Shown here one piece after another: positions 40,155 to 50,488 of a DNA stretch of 64,000 bases. Position numbers and translations under genes: made by a program. The stretch is taken from positions 32,001-96,000 of the IMG/VR virus record IMGVR_UViG_3300025121_000023; one strand, written 5' to 3'. The notes beneath the pieces are model-generated. The model ran no database searches, was not told the DNA's origin, and was given only the letters and a program-made list of their open reading frames with translations. The number at the start of each line of letters is the position of its first letter. Position 1 is the stretch's first letter. Origin of the DNA: a virus.

Positions 40155-41243
40155 ATGGGTAAACGAAAAACAAATAACGAATGGTATGATTTATTTAATA
40201 ATAAACACAATTTTAAATATAAATATATTGATATTATTACAGAAAAAAATAGAAGATTCGTAGTATTTGATTGTGGAAAACATGATATACAAAAACAAAG
40301 AATAGAACAGCATTTAAAAGGGTTTGGCTGTCAAAAATGTTATAATAATGAAAAAAAAATAAATAGTAATCATTTTATAAATGCTATGAATGAAATTCAT
40401 AATAATAAATACTCTTATATCGATGGTTATAAAAATATGAAAACTAAAATAAAAATAAAATGTGAAAAACATGGTATTTTTTATTTATATCCGATTCATC
40501 ATAAAAATGGGCAAGGTTGTAAAAAGTGCAAAATGGATAAACATAACGAATTAAAATTATTTAAATTTATTAATAATGCAAATATTAAACATAATTTTAA
40601 ATTTAGATATGATAAATTTATTTATAACGGGTATAATAAAAAATCTATTATTACTTGTCCTATTCATGGTGATTTTTTAATGAGTTCCTATAGTCATTTA
40701 AAAGGTAGAGAATGTAAAAAATGCAAAATTGACGAACAAACTAAAACAAATAAACAATTCTTATTAGATGCTAATAAAATACATAATAATTTTTATATTT
40801 ATCCAGAAAAATATGTAAATTCTAATAGAAAAATGTTAATTATTTGTCCATTACATGGTTCATTTTATCAATTACCAAAAAATCACACATCAAATAAACA
40901 AGGTTGTCCTAAATGCAATAGAAGTAATGGTGAATTGGAAATAGAAATGTTATTAAATGATTTTAATTTAAAATATATTATTGAATATAAATTCGAAAAA
41001 TGTATAAATAAATTACCATTACCATTTGATTTTTATTTACCAGAACATAATTTGTGTATTGAATATGATGGAGAACAACATTTCAAAGAAAATACTTTTT
41101 GGGGTGGTAAAGATGCTTTTAAAAAACAACAAATAAGAGATAAAATAAAAACCGATTATTGTAAAGAAAATAATATACATTTACTTCGCATAAGATATGA
41201 TGAAAATATATTAGAAAAATTAAATTTTATCTTGACATTATAA
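40155..41243 (+). CDS. free-standing endonuclease, same family
   Basis: CxxHG repeats, FDFYL..IEYDGEQH. Confidence 0.8.
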   Translation: MGKRKTNNEWYDLFNNKHNFKYKYIDIITEKNRRFVVFDCGKHDIQKQRIEQHLKGFGCQKCYNNEKKINSNHFINAMNEIHNNKYSYIDGYKNMKTKIKIKCEKHGIFYLYPIHHKNGQGCKKCKMDKHNELKLFKFINNANIKHNFKFRYDKFIYNGYNKKSIITCPIHGDFLMSSYSHLKGRECKKCKIDEQTKTNKQFLLDANKIHNNFYIYPEKYVNSNRKMLIICPLHGSFYQLPKNHTSNKQGCPKCNRSNGELEIEMLLNDFNLKYIIEYKFEKCINKLPLPFDFYLPEHNLCIEYDGEQHFKENTFWGGKDAFKKQQIRDKIKTDYCKENNIHLLRIRYDENILEKLNFILTL

Positions 41244-42057
41244 AAAACGAATTATTAGGTGAATTATCTTTTATTTCTTTTTCTATTTTTTCTAACTTTG
41301 TTTCACCTTGTGAAATTAAGTCAGTTGCTGAGTATTGAAATCCACCAGGAAGATTAAAGATAAGTCTACCAAGCATTTGTCCTAATCTTATTGTACATAA
41401 TGCAACAATATATTTTTTGAAAAAATTATCTTTGAAAACTTCTTCTTGTTGAATTCTAACATAACAATCTAGCATAAACGAACTTCTGACTTCATCAAGA
41501 ATATTTAATCTTTTATTAACAGGATTAAATGAATATTTAGTAAAATGTCTTGCTAATTTATTTACCTCATCACTGAATGCAGATAGAATCTGACGATAAG
41601 TTGCTAATTCTCCTACGTTAGTTACAAAAGATGTTAAATATGGTTGATTAGTAACACCAAAATTTATTGATAAGTTTGGTGCTTGAATCCCAATTCTGAA
41701 TAACGAAGGATCGTTGATTTCTGATATTTTTACAACATTTTCAACTTCTTCGGGTAATACAATATAACCTACTGCTGTATATTGTTCTGAATTAATAAAA
41801 TCTTTATCTAATCTGTAATATGTCTTCATTACAGCAAATTGATAATTTTTATAAAACCATTCTAATGCATCTTCTTTAATTATTCTTTGAATTTCTATAT
41901 CAGGTAAAACTTTTGGTAACATACCGGAAAATGTTAAATCGGCTTGAACAAAATCGACTAATTCCTCTAATGTCATTCTATCATTATTTAGTTGATAATT
42001 GTCATTATTTAATGCCCAATTATCCATATTCATATCATTAGCATTTCTTATAGCCAT
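41227..42057 (-). CDS. possible neck/head-completion protein (T4 gp13-like)
   Basis: Size, AL.WF, LP.EV..V, KYIVAL...LG..L...LPGG pattern. Confidence 0.45.
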   Translation of the reverse strand: MAIRNANDMNMDNWALNNDNYQLNNDRMTLEELVDFVQADLTFSGMLPKVLPDIEIQRIIKEDALEWFYKNYQFAVMKTYYRLDKDFINSEQYTAVGYIVLPEEVENVVKISEINDPSLFRIGIQAPNLSINFGVTNQPYLTSFVTNVGELATYRQILSAFSDEVNKLARHFTKYSFNPVNKRLNILDEVRSSFMLDCYVRIQQEEVFKDNFFKKYIVALCTIRLGQMLGRLIFNLPGGFQYSATDLISQGETKLEKIEKEIKDNSPNNSFFIMSR

Positions 42058-42153
42058 TTATATTTATTTATTTTTATTTATATATTAAAATTATAAAATC
42101 ATAAAAACTTAGGTGCTTATATTTTAATATATAAGAATAAACATTAAAAAAAT

Positions 42154-43800
42154 ATGATATTAGAAAAAGATAAAGAAATATTTATAAATGGTTCTATGCT
42201 TAATAGATATAAAAATTTAGGATATGATGTAAAAGATATAGGTACATATATTATACATACAAAAGATTTACTAGATAGTAGTCACATATTAGTTAAATGT
42301 AAATGTGATAATTGTGGGAGTATAAAAAATATAAGATATTGTAATTACAAATTAAATATTAATAAAAATATAAAATATTTTTGTAATGATTGTAAATTAG
42401 AAAGAATTGAAAAAACTAATTTAAAAAAGTATGGAGAAAAAAGCACATTATTAGTAGACATATTTAAAAATAAACGAAACGATACTATGATAGAAAAATA
42501 TGGCAATATTATCCCATTAAAAAATAATGTTATTGTAGATAAATTTAAAAAAACAAATATGGAAAAATATGGAAATAATTGTTCATTATTAAATAAAAAT
42601 ATAAAACAAAAATCAATAAAAACAAACATAGAAAAATATGGAGTAGAACATTATTCTAAAACCAATGATTTTAAAGATAAAATTAAAAATACAATTTTAC
42701 AAAAATATGGAGTAGAACATTATTCTAAAACCAATGATTTTAAAGATAAAATTAATGAGTACACAATAAATAGAATTTTAAATAAGCATGATTTAAATAT
42801 AATTAATATAAATGGAGATAATTATAATTGCAAATGTAATAAAAATCATATATTTAATATTAATTATGGTCTATTAAAAAATAGATTAAGATTTAATATT
42901 ACTGTTTGTACTATATGTAATCCTATTAATGATCATATTTCTGATAAAGAAAATAAATTATTAGATTTTATTAAAGAAAATTATAACGGGAAAATAATAG
43001 AAAATGATAGAAATATAATTAAACCTTATGAATTAGATATTTACTTACCTGATTTAAAATTATCATTCGAATTTAACGGAGTTTATTGGCATAACGAATT
43101 ATTTAAATCAAATAACTATCATAAAAATAAATCCGATTTATGTGATGAACAAAATATTCAGCTTATACATATTTATGAGGATGATTGGATTTATAAACAA
43201 GATATAGTTAAATCAATGATATTAAATAAATTAGATAAATCTTTAAATAAAATATATGCAAGAAAAACAGAAGTAAAAGAAGTAACAGATAATAAATTAG
43301 TTAGAGAATTTTTAAATAAAAATCACATTCAGGGATTTGTTGGTTCAAAAATTAAAATAGGATTATTTTATAAAGATGAATTAGTTAGTTTAATGACTTT
43401 TGGTAAATTGAGAAAAGCTATGAATTCGTCTTCAAGTGATGGACAATTTGAAATGCTTAGATATTGTAATAAATTAAATACTAATGTAATTGGAGGTGCT
43501 AGTAAATTGTTTAAATATTTTATTAAGAGTTATGAATTTAAAGAAATAACTACATATGCGGATAGAAGTTATTCTAATGGTAAATTGTATGAAGTATTAG
43601 GATTCAAATTTATACATAAAACTGATCCAAATTATTATTATGTCATTGATAGTATTAGATATCATAGATTTAATTATAGGAAAGATGTTTTAATTAAAGA
43701 AGGATATGATGCTAATAAAACAGAACACCAAATTATGTTAGAAAGAAAGATTTATAGGATTTATAATTCTGGTAATTTAAAATTTGAATTTATAATTTAA
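42154..43800 (+). CDS. free-standing endonuclease with KYG repeats (Hef-like), paralog of 50986..52581
   Basis: TNxEKYG repeats, ELDIY..EFNG.YWH, IYEDDW, NHIQG, YADR. Confidence 0.75.
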   Translation: MILEKDKEIFINGSMLNRYKNLGYDVKDIGTYIIHTKDLLDSSHILVKCKCDNCGSIKNIRYCNYKLNINKNIKYFCNDCKLERIEKTNLKKYGEKSTLLVDIFKNKRNDTMIEKYGNIIPLKNNVIVDKFKKTNMEKYGNNCSLLNKNIKQKSIKTNIEKYGVEHYSKTNDFKDKIKNTILQKYGVEHYSKTNDFKDKINEYTINRILNKHDLNIININGDNYNCKCNKNHIFNINYGLLKNRLRFNITVCTICNPINDHISDKENKLLDFIKENYNGKIIENDRNIIKPYELDIYLPDLKLSFEFNGVYWHNELFKSNNYHKNKSDLCDEQNIQLIHIYEDDWIYKQDIVKSMILNKLDKSLNKIYARKTEVKEVTDNKLVREFLNKNHIQGFVGSKIKIGLFYKDELVSLMTFGKLRKAMNSSSSDGQFEMLRYCNKLNTNVIGGASKLFKYFIKSYEFKEITTYADRSYSNGKLYEVLGFKFIHKTDPNYYYVIDSIRYHRFNYRKDVLIKEGYDANKTEHQIMLERKIYRIYNSGNLKFEFII

Positions 43801-43834
43801 TATATAATATCAAATTATAATTTTAACAATAAAT

Positions 43835-45667
43835 ATGAAACTCATAAATAAATTTAATGATTTTGTAAATTTGATATTAGAAAACGCAAATTCACAAAAA
43901 ATGCCTTTTGTTTTAAGTCAAAGGTTATATAAATTTTTGCAGCAAATTAAACACCCAATATCAGATGAATTATTAGATGCATATTATTATGAAAATGAAA
44001 CACCAGTTACTTTAATAGATTATGACGAAGATAAATTAGGATACTTTAAAGTTATAAAATCTTCTAATTTATTTAATTATATGTCTAAAACACATTATAA
44101 ATATAATAAAGACGCATTAAATAATAGTGTAGATTTACAAAATGATTTAAAAAAATACTTTCTTAGAACTAAATATGAAGATATGTATTGGACACAAAAT
44201 AAAGAAAGTATGAAAATAGGTAAATTAATTAATACAATATTTCCTAATAAGTTTAAAGCAAATGGTGTACATGGTAAAGATATTGAATCATTTATTAATA
44301 TGTTTAAATCAAAATTAGTAGATAGATTCAAAAATATTAAAATTGTTGATGGTGATTTACTTAAAAAATATTATTATGAAGAAAATTATTCAAATATAAA
44401 TTCATCATCGCCTTTATATAATTCTTGTATGAGAACCAAAAGATGTCAATTGTATGTTAATTTTTATGCTATAAATAATGTTAAATTATTAGTTTTAATG
44501 TCTGATAAAGACGATGAACAAGACAAAATTATAGCTAGAGCATTATTATGGCCAATTGTAAAAGTAACAAATCCAGTTGATGAAGAAATTATATTTAATA
44601 AAGAAATGACATTTATGGATAGAATTTATTTTACAAATGATTATGATATAGATACATTAAAAGAATATGCTAATAGAGAAGGTTGGTTACATAAAAAATT
44701 TCAAACTTCATCATATTCTAGTGATATTTATAATCCTGATACAAATGAATATAAAAACTTACAATTATTTACATCTAATAATTTTAAAAATGCAATTAAA
44801 TATCCCTATATGGATACAATGAAATGGTTTAATGAATCTAAAGGTTATTTAACTAATAGAAGAATATATGATAATGATAGTAATGTATTTTTCTTAGAAT
44901 CGACAGATGGTAGCCATGAAATTATTAGTTCATCACATCGTGATAATGTAGAAAATGGAGACGATTTATATTACTCGGAATTTTATGATGATCATATTGA
45001 TATTAATAGTGATATATATGTTTGGTGTGAATTAGGTGAAGATTATAGAACATATGATGATGCAGAAACAATAACAGATTATAATGGTTATAATGTGAGA
45101 TATGCAACCGAAGAGTATGTTGAAAATAATATGGCATATTCTGAGGCGGAAAGAAGATATATTGATAATGATGATGTATTACATTTATCTTTTTATGATG
45201 ACGTAGTTAGTAGAGATTATGCTCAAGAAGAAATATATTATAGTGAAATTGATGATGAATATTATTATGATAACGATTGTGTATATTCTGATTTTCATAA
45301 TACTTATATATATTATGAAGATGCAGTAAGTGTATTATGTGATATTAACTTTAATCCTAAAGATATAGAAGATATTGGATATTATGAATATGATAACAGA
45401 AAAGTTAATGATGGATCATATGATATTGCAATTATAAATGGTATAGATATAGAGGTAGATTCAGATATTTTAGAAGATCATTTTGTTAAAATAATTTATG
45501 ATATAGATAATGAAAGTGGAATAGAATCATATAAATATGGTTTAGACGATGGTAAAGGATATTTTCGTTGGAACGGCAAATATTATGCGAATAAATTTAA
45601 AGATAAATTTACTGGACAATTAAGATTATGGGAAAATAAAATAAGAAGATTTAATGAAAATAATTAA
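43835..45667 (+). CDS. SCM-RALxW-DRIY family protein (paralog 3 of 4) with acidic Tyr-rich tail
   Basis: NSCM, ARALLW, MDRIY, YPYMDT. Confidence 0.75.
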   Translation: MKLINKFNDFVNLILENANSQKMPFVLSQRLYKFLQQIKHPISDELLDAYYYENETPVTLIDYDEDKLGYFKVIKSSNLFNYMSKTHYKYNKDALNNSVDLQNDLKKYFLRTKYEDMYWTQNKESMKIGKLINTIFPNKFKANGVHGKDIESFINMFKSKLVDRFKNIKIVDGDLLKKYYYEENYSNINSSSPLYNSCMRTKRCQLYVNFYAINNVKLLVLMSDKDDEQDKIIARALLWPIVKVTNPVDEEIIFNKEMTFMDRIYFTNDYDIDTLKEYANREGWLHKKFQTSSYSSDIYNPDTNEYKNLQLFTSNNFKNAIKYPYMDTMKWFNESKGYLTNRRIYDNDSNVFFLESTDGSHEIISSSHRDNVENGDDLYYSEFYDDHIDINSDIYVWCELGEDYRTYDDAETITDYNGYNVRYATEEYVENNMAYSEAERRYIDNDDVLHLSFYDDVVSRDYAQEEIYYSEIDDEYYYDNDCVYSDFHNTYIYYEDAVSVLCDINFNPKDIEDIGYYEYDNRKVNDGSYDIAIINGIDIEVDSDILEDHFVKIIYDIDNESGIESYKYGLDDGKGYFRWNGKYYANKFKDKFTGQLRLWENKIRRFNENN

Positions 45668-47237
45668 AAATTATAATGAATATTTATTTGAATTATTATT
45701 TGAACAAATCGATAACGAATTACCTGTTAAAATAAGTGATAGATTGTTAAACATATTGATAGAAATTAAACATCCTATTTCTACATATTTATCTAGTCTT
45801 AATTCAATGAATATTAATAAACCAATTACATTAATTGATTATGATGATGATAATTTAGATAAATTTACATTAGCACAATCTGAAAAAATTTATGATTATA
45901 TCAGAAAATTATTAGGTGATTATAAAAATAAAGAAACACTAAAACACCTTTTTATTTCAAATTATAAAGATAAAGATTTTTGGGATAAAAACAGAACATC
46001 ATATAAAATAGGAAAAGTTATAAATAGATTACAACCAGGTAGATTTTTACCAAACGGAAAACCAGGTGAAGACATTGAATCGTTCATTAATGAAATAAAA
46101 TCAGCAAGAACAAACATTTTCTCAAAATTTAAAATAGTAGAAGGTAATGAATTAAAAAAATACTATAATCAAAACACATACGAATATGGTAAAAATTCAA
46201 CTTTACATAACTCTTGTATGAGATATGATTATTGTTCTGATTATTTTAATTTTCTTATTATAAATAATGTTAAGATGTTAATTTTAATGTCAGATAATAA
46301 TAAAGATAAAATAAAAGGTAGAGCATTAATTTGGAAATTAAGTGAGTTAAATCATAAAGATACTAATAGAATATTTATGGATAGAATTTATACAATAAAT
46401 GATTATGATGTATATAAGTTTAAAAGTTATGCTAAAAAAGAAGGTTGGTTATATAAAGATATCCAAAATAATTCAACAAATCGGATTGTTGATCCGTTAG
46501 ATAATACTATAAAGGAAAGATATATGAAAATTAATAATATAGAATATACGTTTCCATTTCCTTATATGGATTCATTTAAATATTATAATACAGATAAAGA
46601 ATATTTATCAACTACGTTTGATGATGATTATGAATATGAATTAAATTCAACTGATGGTGGTTATATTGATAAAGAAGATAATGAATTCAGTTATTTTACA
46701 AACGAATGGGCATCTTTAAATTACGCAGAAGAACATTGGAATTATTCAGAAAAAGAAAATACTTGGATAAATAAAGAAGATAGTGTTTATGTTGATCATA
46801 TACAAACATATGTTTCTAGATATTATGCATTAGACAATTATGCATATAATAAACACGATGATAAATTTTATGATAGAGATTATTGTGAATATTCTGATAC
46901 AAACTATAATTGGATTCCTAAAAAATATGCTATAGAAGTTTTTGATTATATTGATAGAGAAGATAATGGAATCGAATGGCGAGATATTAGAGATAAAGAT
47001 TATATAAAATTGTTAAATAAAAATGGTAAAATAGAATATTATGATGAACATTTTAAAGATGAATTTGATATAAAATATGATTTTAATAAAAAAATGGATT
47101 ATTATGAAATGAAAAAGAGACTTAAAGTCTCTTTTTTTTATTTTTTAGATTTTTTAGGTTTTTCATCATTAAGAAGATTATCCATACTTACATCAGCAGA
47201 CATACGATATACTTTTGTAGCTCTAGATATATTTTGA
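45654..47237 (+). CDS. SCM-RALxW-DRIY family protein (paralog 4 of 4)
   Basis: NSCM, GRALIW, MDRIY, FPYMDS. Confidence 0.75.
   Translation: MKIIKNYNEYLFELLFEQIDNELPVKISDRLLNILIEIKHPISTYLSSLNSMNINKPITLIDYDDDNLDKFTLAQSEKIYDYIRKLLGDYKNKETLKHLFISNYKDKDFWDKNRTSYKIGKVINRLQPGRFLPNGKPGEDIESFINEIKSARTNIFSKFKIVEGNELKKYYNQNTYEYGKNSTLHNSCMRYDYCSDYFNFLIINNVKMLILMSDNNKDKIKGRALIWKLSELNHKDTNRIFMDRIYTINDYDVYKFKSYAKKEGWLYKDIQNNSTNRIVDPLDNTIKERYMKINNIEYTFPFPYMDSFKYYNTDKEYLSTTFDDDYEYELNSTDGGYIDKEDNEFSYFTNEWASLNYAEEHWNYSEKENTWINKEDSVYVDHIQTYVSRYYALDNYAYNKHDDKFYDRDYCEYSDTNYNWIPKKYAIEVFDYIDREDNGIEWRDIRDKDYIKLLNKNGKIEYYDEHFKDEFDIKYDFNKKMDYYEMKKRLKVSFFYFLDFLGFSSLRRLSILTSADIRYTFVALDIF
47112..47138. terminator. intrinsic terminator between convergent genes
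   Basis: AAAAAGAGAC-TTAAA-GTCTCTTTTTTT. Confidence 0.7.
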
Positions 47238-47779
47238 TAAGCATCAGATAAACCTACACTATTGTTAGCAAAAGCATATGAATTACCTCTTGATATACCG
47301 ATTGATTCTGCGGTAAATGCCGCATTTTCATCAGCCCCCAAAAATATAAATTCCCAATTAAAATCATCTTTCATTTCTTGAACTAATTTTTTTGTTTGCT
47401 CTTTTGAAAATTGTTTACTATTGTTTTCTTGACCATCTGTCAATATTACACAGAGAGTTTTTTCAGGTCTTTTATCTTTTGGTAAATTGCCAAGTTTATT
47501 AATTTCATTGTTAATTGTTTTACATACAGAATCATAAATTTTTGTCATACCACCAGTTACATAATTATTTTTATCAAATAATTTGCATTCTTGAATATCT
47601 TGATCATCATAAAGTGGTTTATAAACATCACTAAATAGTATTGTTGATACTAACGCATTACCATCAACTGATTTTTGTTCTGTTAAGAATTCATTAAATC
47701 CGTTTATTGCCATATCAATCATCGAACTCATCGAACCTGATTTATCTATTATATTTATTATTTTTACATATTTTTTCAT
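47138..47779 (-). CDS. vWA domain protein
   Basis: MIDAS DKSGSM, GMT..YD, ILTDGQEN, FLGA. Confidence 0.88.
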   Translation of the reverse strand: MKKYVKIINIIDKSGSMSSMIDMAINGFNEFLTEQKSVDGNALVSTILFSDVYKPLYDDQDIQECKLFDKNNYVTGGMTKIYDSVCKTINNEINKLGNLPKDKRPEKTLCVILTDGQENNSKQFSKEQTKKLVQEMKDDFNWEFIFLGADENAAFTAESIGISRGNSYAFANNSVGLSDAYQNISRATKVYRMSADVSMDNLLNDEKPKKSKK

Positions 47780-47790
47780 TTTTTCTAATA

Positions 47791-48708
47791 TTATTTTTTA
47801 AAATCGCTATGATTTTTTATTTTCTTTTTACTATTTATTGATCTTTTAGTAATACATAAATTATTTATACTAGCTATTATATGTGGATTTATATTGTTTT
47901 TAAATCCATAAAAAACACTTATTTTATGATCAATTGTTGGGTATAATTTATTACTATAATGTAATTTTAAATAATCTTCTATATATTCATTGTCATAATA
48001 ATCTAAACCATCCCAATTTTCAAATAGTTTATTTTTTAATCTTCTAGTTAATTTATTTATTAAATCTCTATAAACAGTATAATCATTTTTTTGGATATTG
48101 GAACATTGTAGTCCTTTATCTTCTTTTGTTTTTCTTATTTTATTTAATACTTCATCACATTCAAAAATATTATATGTTCCGAATTTATCGAATATAGTTT
48201 TTTTTGATTTTTTCATTATTTCTTCTGATTGTGCTGAACATATATGTCCATATTTATCTAAATTAGTATTATACATTTTTTCTTTAACACTATCTACTTT
48301 CATAACATTATCAACTCCGTATTTTTCAATACAAGTTTTTTTAATATCTATGTTAGCTGAACATTTTTTACAATAATAATGTCCTTTTCTTTTTATAATA
48401 GTATTGTATGCTTTATATGTTTTAATAAATTCTTTTTTACAATTATCACATATAGCTGTTATTTTAATATGAGAAGATTTAGATAATTTATTAATATCAA
48501 TATCAATTAAATCATTTTTATTAAAATCTTTGTTATTGATATAAATGCGATAATGTTTAAGATTTTTAAATCTAATCTTAATAAATTTTTCTTTAATCAT
48601 AAGACATAAATAAGTTTTTAATTTATTAATTAAATAATAAATAGAATTGAAAAACTTATTTATATTTATATCTGCTAATAAAAAATTATCAACAAAACCG
48701 CCTTCCAT
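47791..48708 (-). CDS. putative HNH-like free-standing endonuclease (likely start near 48600)
   Basis: CDNC/CKKC, KYG repeats, YPTIDHK...NLCITK.SINS. Confidence 0.65.
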   Translation of the reverse strand: MEGGFVDNFLLADININKFFNSIYYLINKLKTYLCLMIKEKFIKIRFKNLKHYRIYINNKDFNKNDLIDIDINKLSKSSHIKITAICDNCKKEFIKTYKAYNTIIKRKGHYYCKKCSANIDIKKTCIEKYGVDNVMKVDSVKEKMYNTNLDKYGHICSAQSEEIMKKSKKTIFDKFGTYNIFECDEVLNKIRKTKEDKGLQCSNIQKNDYTVYRDLINKLTRRLKNKLFENWDGLDYYDNEYIEDYLKLHYSNKLYPTIDHKISVFYGFKNNINPHIIASINNLCITKRSINSKKKIKNHSDFKK

Positions 48709-48717
48709 AATTATATA

Positions 48718-49596
48718 TTAAATTTTTTCGCCACATTTTGGGCAATAATTAAATTTACGGTTTCTCAATCTATAACCGCAATCGCTACAATAATCTCGTA
48801 TTTTAAAATCATATTCTTCTTTTTGTGATACTGGTTTAAGTTGGAATTCAACTATATAAAATGGATGATTTTCAAATTCTATTTCTACTTGATGAAAATC
48901 TTGATTAGATTCACTTCCTTTTTCAATTCTTCCGGTTTCTTCTAAACTTTCATTTATTTTAGTAATTTCACTATCAAAATTAACATATATAGGTGAATAA
49001 TATGAAGAAGCTGTTGTTGTAACAAAATCAGTACCAGCAGTAGAATTTATAAGTGCATTATAAGAATAATGATTATATATTCTTGAATTAGAATTCTTAG
49101 AATTAATATCAGTAAAAGTTCCTTTTAATTCTGATTTATCTGTTCTTTTACGTTTACGATTACCTTTTCCTGGTTTTTGACTATTTGTATAGATATACGT
49201 ATTAGAACTCGTATAGGTTTGAACTTGTTTTTCTTTAAAGAATTTAATTTCAATTATACCATTATTTTCGACAGCTTTTTTAGAAGCTTCGTTACCTTTA
49301 TCGTATGTATATGTTTCAAATATCATACGTTTTTTGTCATCTACAAATCGGTCTAATGTAGTGACTTCGCCTGGATTTAAAATTAATAAATTATTAGAAA
49401 ACTTTTTATTTAATCCAATTTGAACACCAACCTTTTCGCTCAATGGATTGAATAAGCGAATTGCAAATTCTTGTCTATTTTCCAAAAAGATAATGTTGTT
49501 TTGATAAGTTTTTGTTTCGTCAAGGGAACTTGTCCTTGCATTTCTTGATAGTATTACCGCAGAGGGCATACTATCGTTTAAACGATAATGTGTCAT
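48718..49596 (-). CDS. hypothetical protein with C-terminal zinc ribbon
   Basis: CSDCG...CPKCG. Confidence 0.7.
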   Translation of the reverse strand: MTHYRLNDSMPSAVILSRNARTSSLDETKTYQNNIIFLENRQEFAIRLFNPLSEKVGVQIGLNKKFSNNLLILNPGEVTTLDRFVDDKKRMIFETYTYDKGNEASKKAVENNGIIEIKFFKEKQVQTYTSSNTYIYTNSQKPGKGNRKRKRTDKSELKGTFTDINSKNSNSRIYNHYSYNALINSTAGTDFVTTTASSYYSPIYVNFDSEITKINESLEETGRIEKGSESNQDFHQVEIEFENHPFYIVEFQLKPVSQKEEYDFKIRDYCSDCGYRLRNRKFNYCPKCGEKI

Positions 49597-49811
49597 TTTA
49601 TAAATTTTATTTTTTGTTTGTGAGTTGCTAGTTTTTTTCTTGCTAAATTAACAAGTTTAAGCCTTTTTACTGACTCAAAACCAACAAAACCAAATTTATC
49701 TTACATATATATATAATTTATATGCCCCGTCAAAGAAAACCGTTAAATCTTTATTTTATGTGATGAATTTGACTTTTTTGGCTTTCATTATTTAATATAT
49801 ATAATAATTAA

Positions 49812-50074
49812 ATAAAAGTTCTTTGAAATGATTTAATGGTTTTGATCTACAAACCTAGATTAAGTAAAATCATTGAGGTTTAAGTATGTAAATACTTGAT
49901 AGTCAAACATTTAACGAAAACCAAGTTAAGTGTCATTAAAAATGTTTAAAAATATTTTTAAACTGTGTGTCAGGGACTGATTTCGCAGTATAAACAAAAA
50001 GACGGTGAGGCGTTGACAATAGTCAAGTCTATGAAACGTTGAAACACATTAATATTTATTTGATGTGTAGTTCA
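49812..50074 (+). ncRNA. stand-alone structured RNA with TnpB omegaRNA/right-end-like 3' half
   Basis: ORF-free; AT-rich promoter-like motif at 49791; multiple hairpins; ends in terminal hairpin followed by TAGTTCA. Confidence 0.55.
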
Positions 50075-50101
50075 TATAATAGTTTAATTATTTTTAATAT
50101 A

Positions 50102-50488
50102 TTAATTCATTTTGCACATTACATCTTTTATTTTTAAATATCTAGTTTCTAAAGGATTTAGGTATCTAAATCTACTATTTTTATATGTTTTTTTTATATC
50201 AAAATCATTTATAATATGTACAACATTTTCATCACCATCTATAACAGTATAGGTTTTACCGATTTTTACCCCAATTACATCTTTAGATCGATGATATTTG
50301 AAAAATGAACCACGAACATCAATACATATTATTATATCGTTTTTTTTAAAAGCCATTTTTATTTCTAATTTTGAGTTAATGAATCCTGGATTACATACTA
50401 AGTCGAATGTTAGTATTTTTTGTATATCTACTGTTCCACGTGGAACATTTTTAAATACCATTTCTAATGAAATTATTTTATTTTTCAA
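50102..50488 (-). CDS. hypothetical protein
   Basis: ORF containing the parS palindrome; RYLKIKDV tail. Confidence 0.55.
   Translation of the reverse strand: MKNKIISLEMVFKNVPRGTVDIQKILTFDLVCNPGFINSKLEIKMAFKKNDIIICIDVRGSFFKYHRSKDVIGVKIGKTYTVIDGDENVVHIINDFDIKKTYKNSRFRYLNPLETRYLKIKDVMCKMN
50432..50447. promoter_or_regulatory. parS site, second copy
   Basis: TGTTCCACGTGGAACA, identical to 2081-2096. Confidence 0.75.

Noticed and set aside
42632-42754. 60-bp-period direct repeat
   Set aside because: In-frame duplication of a KYGVEHYSK coding repeat
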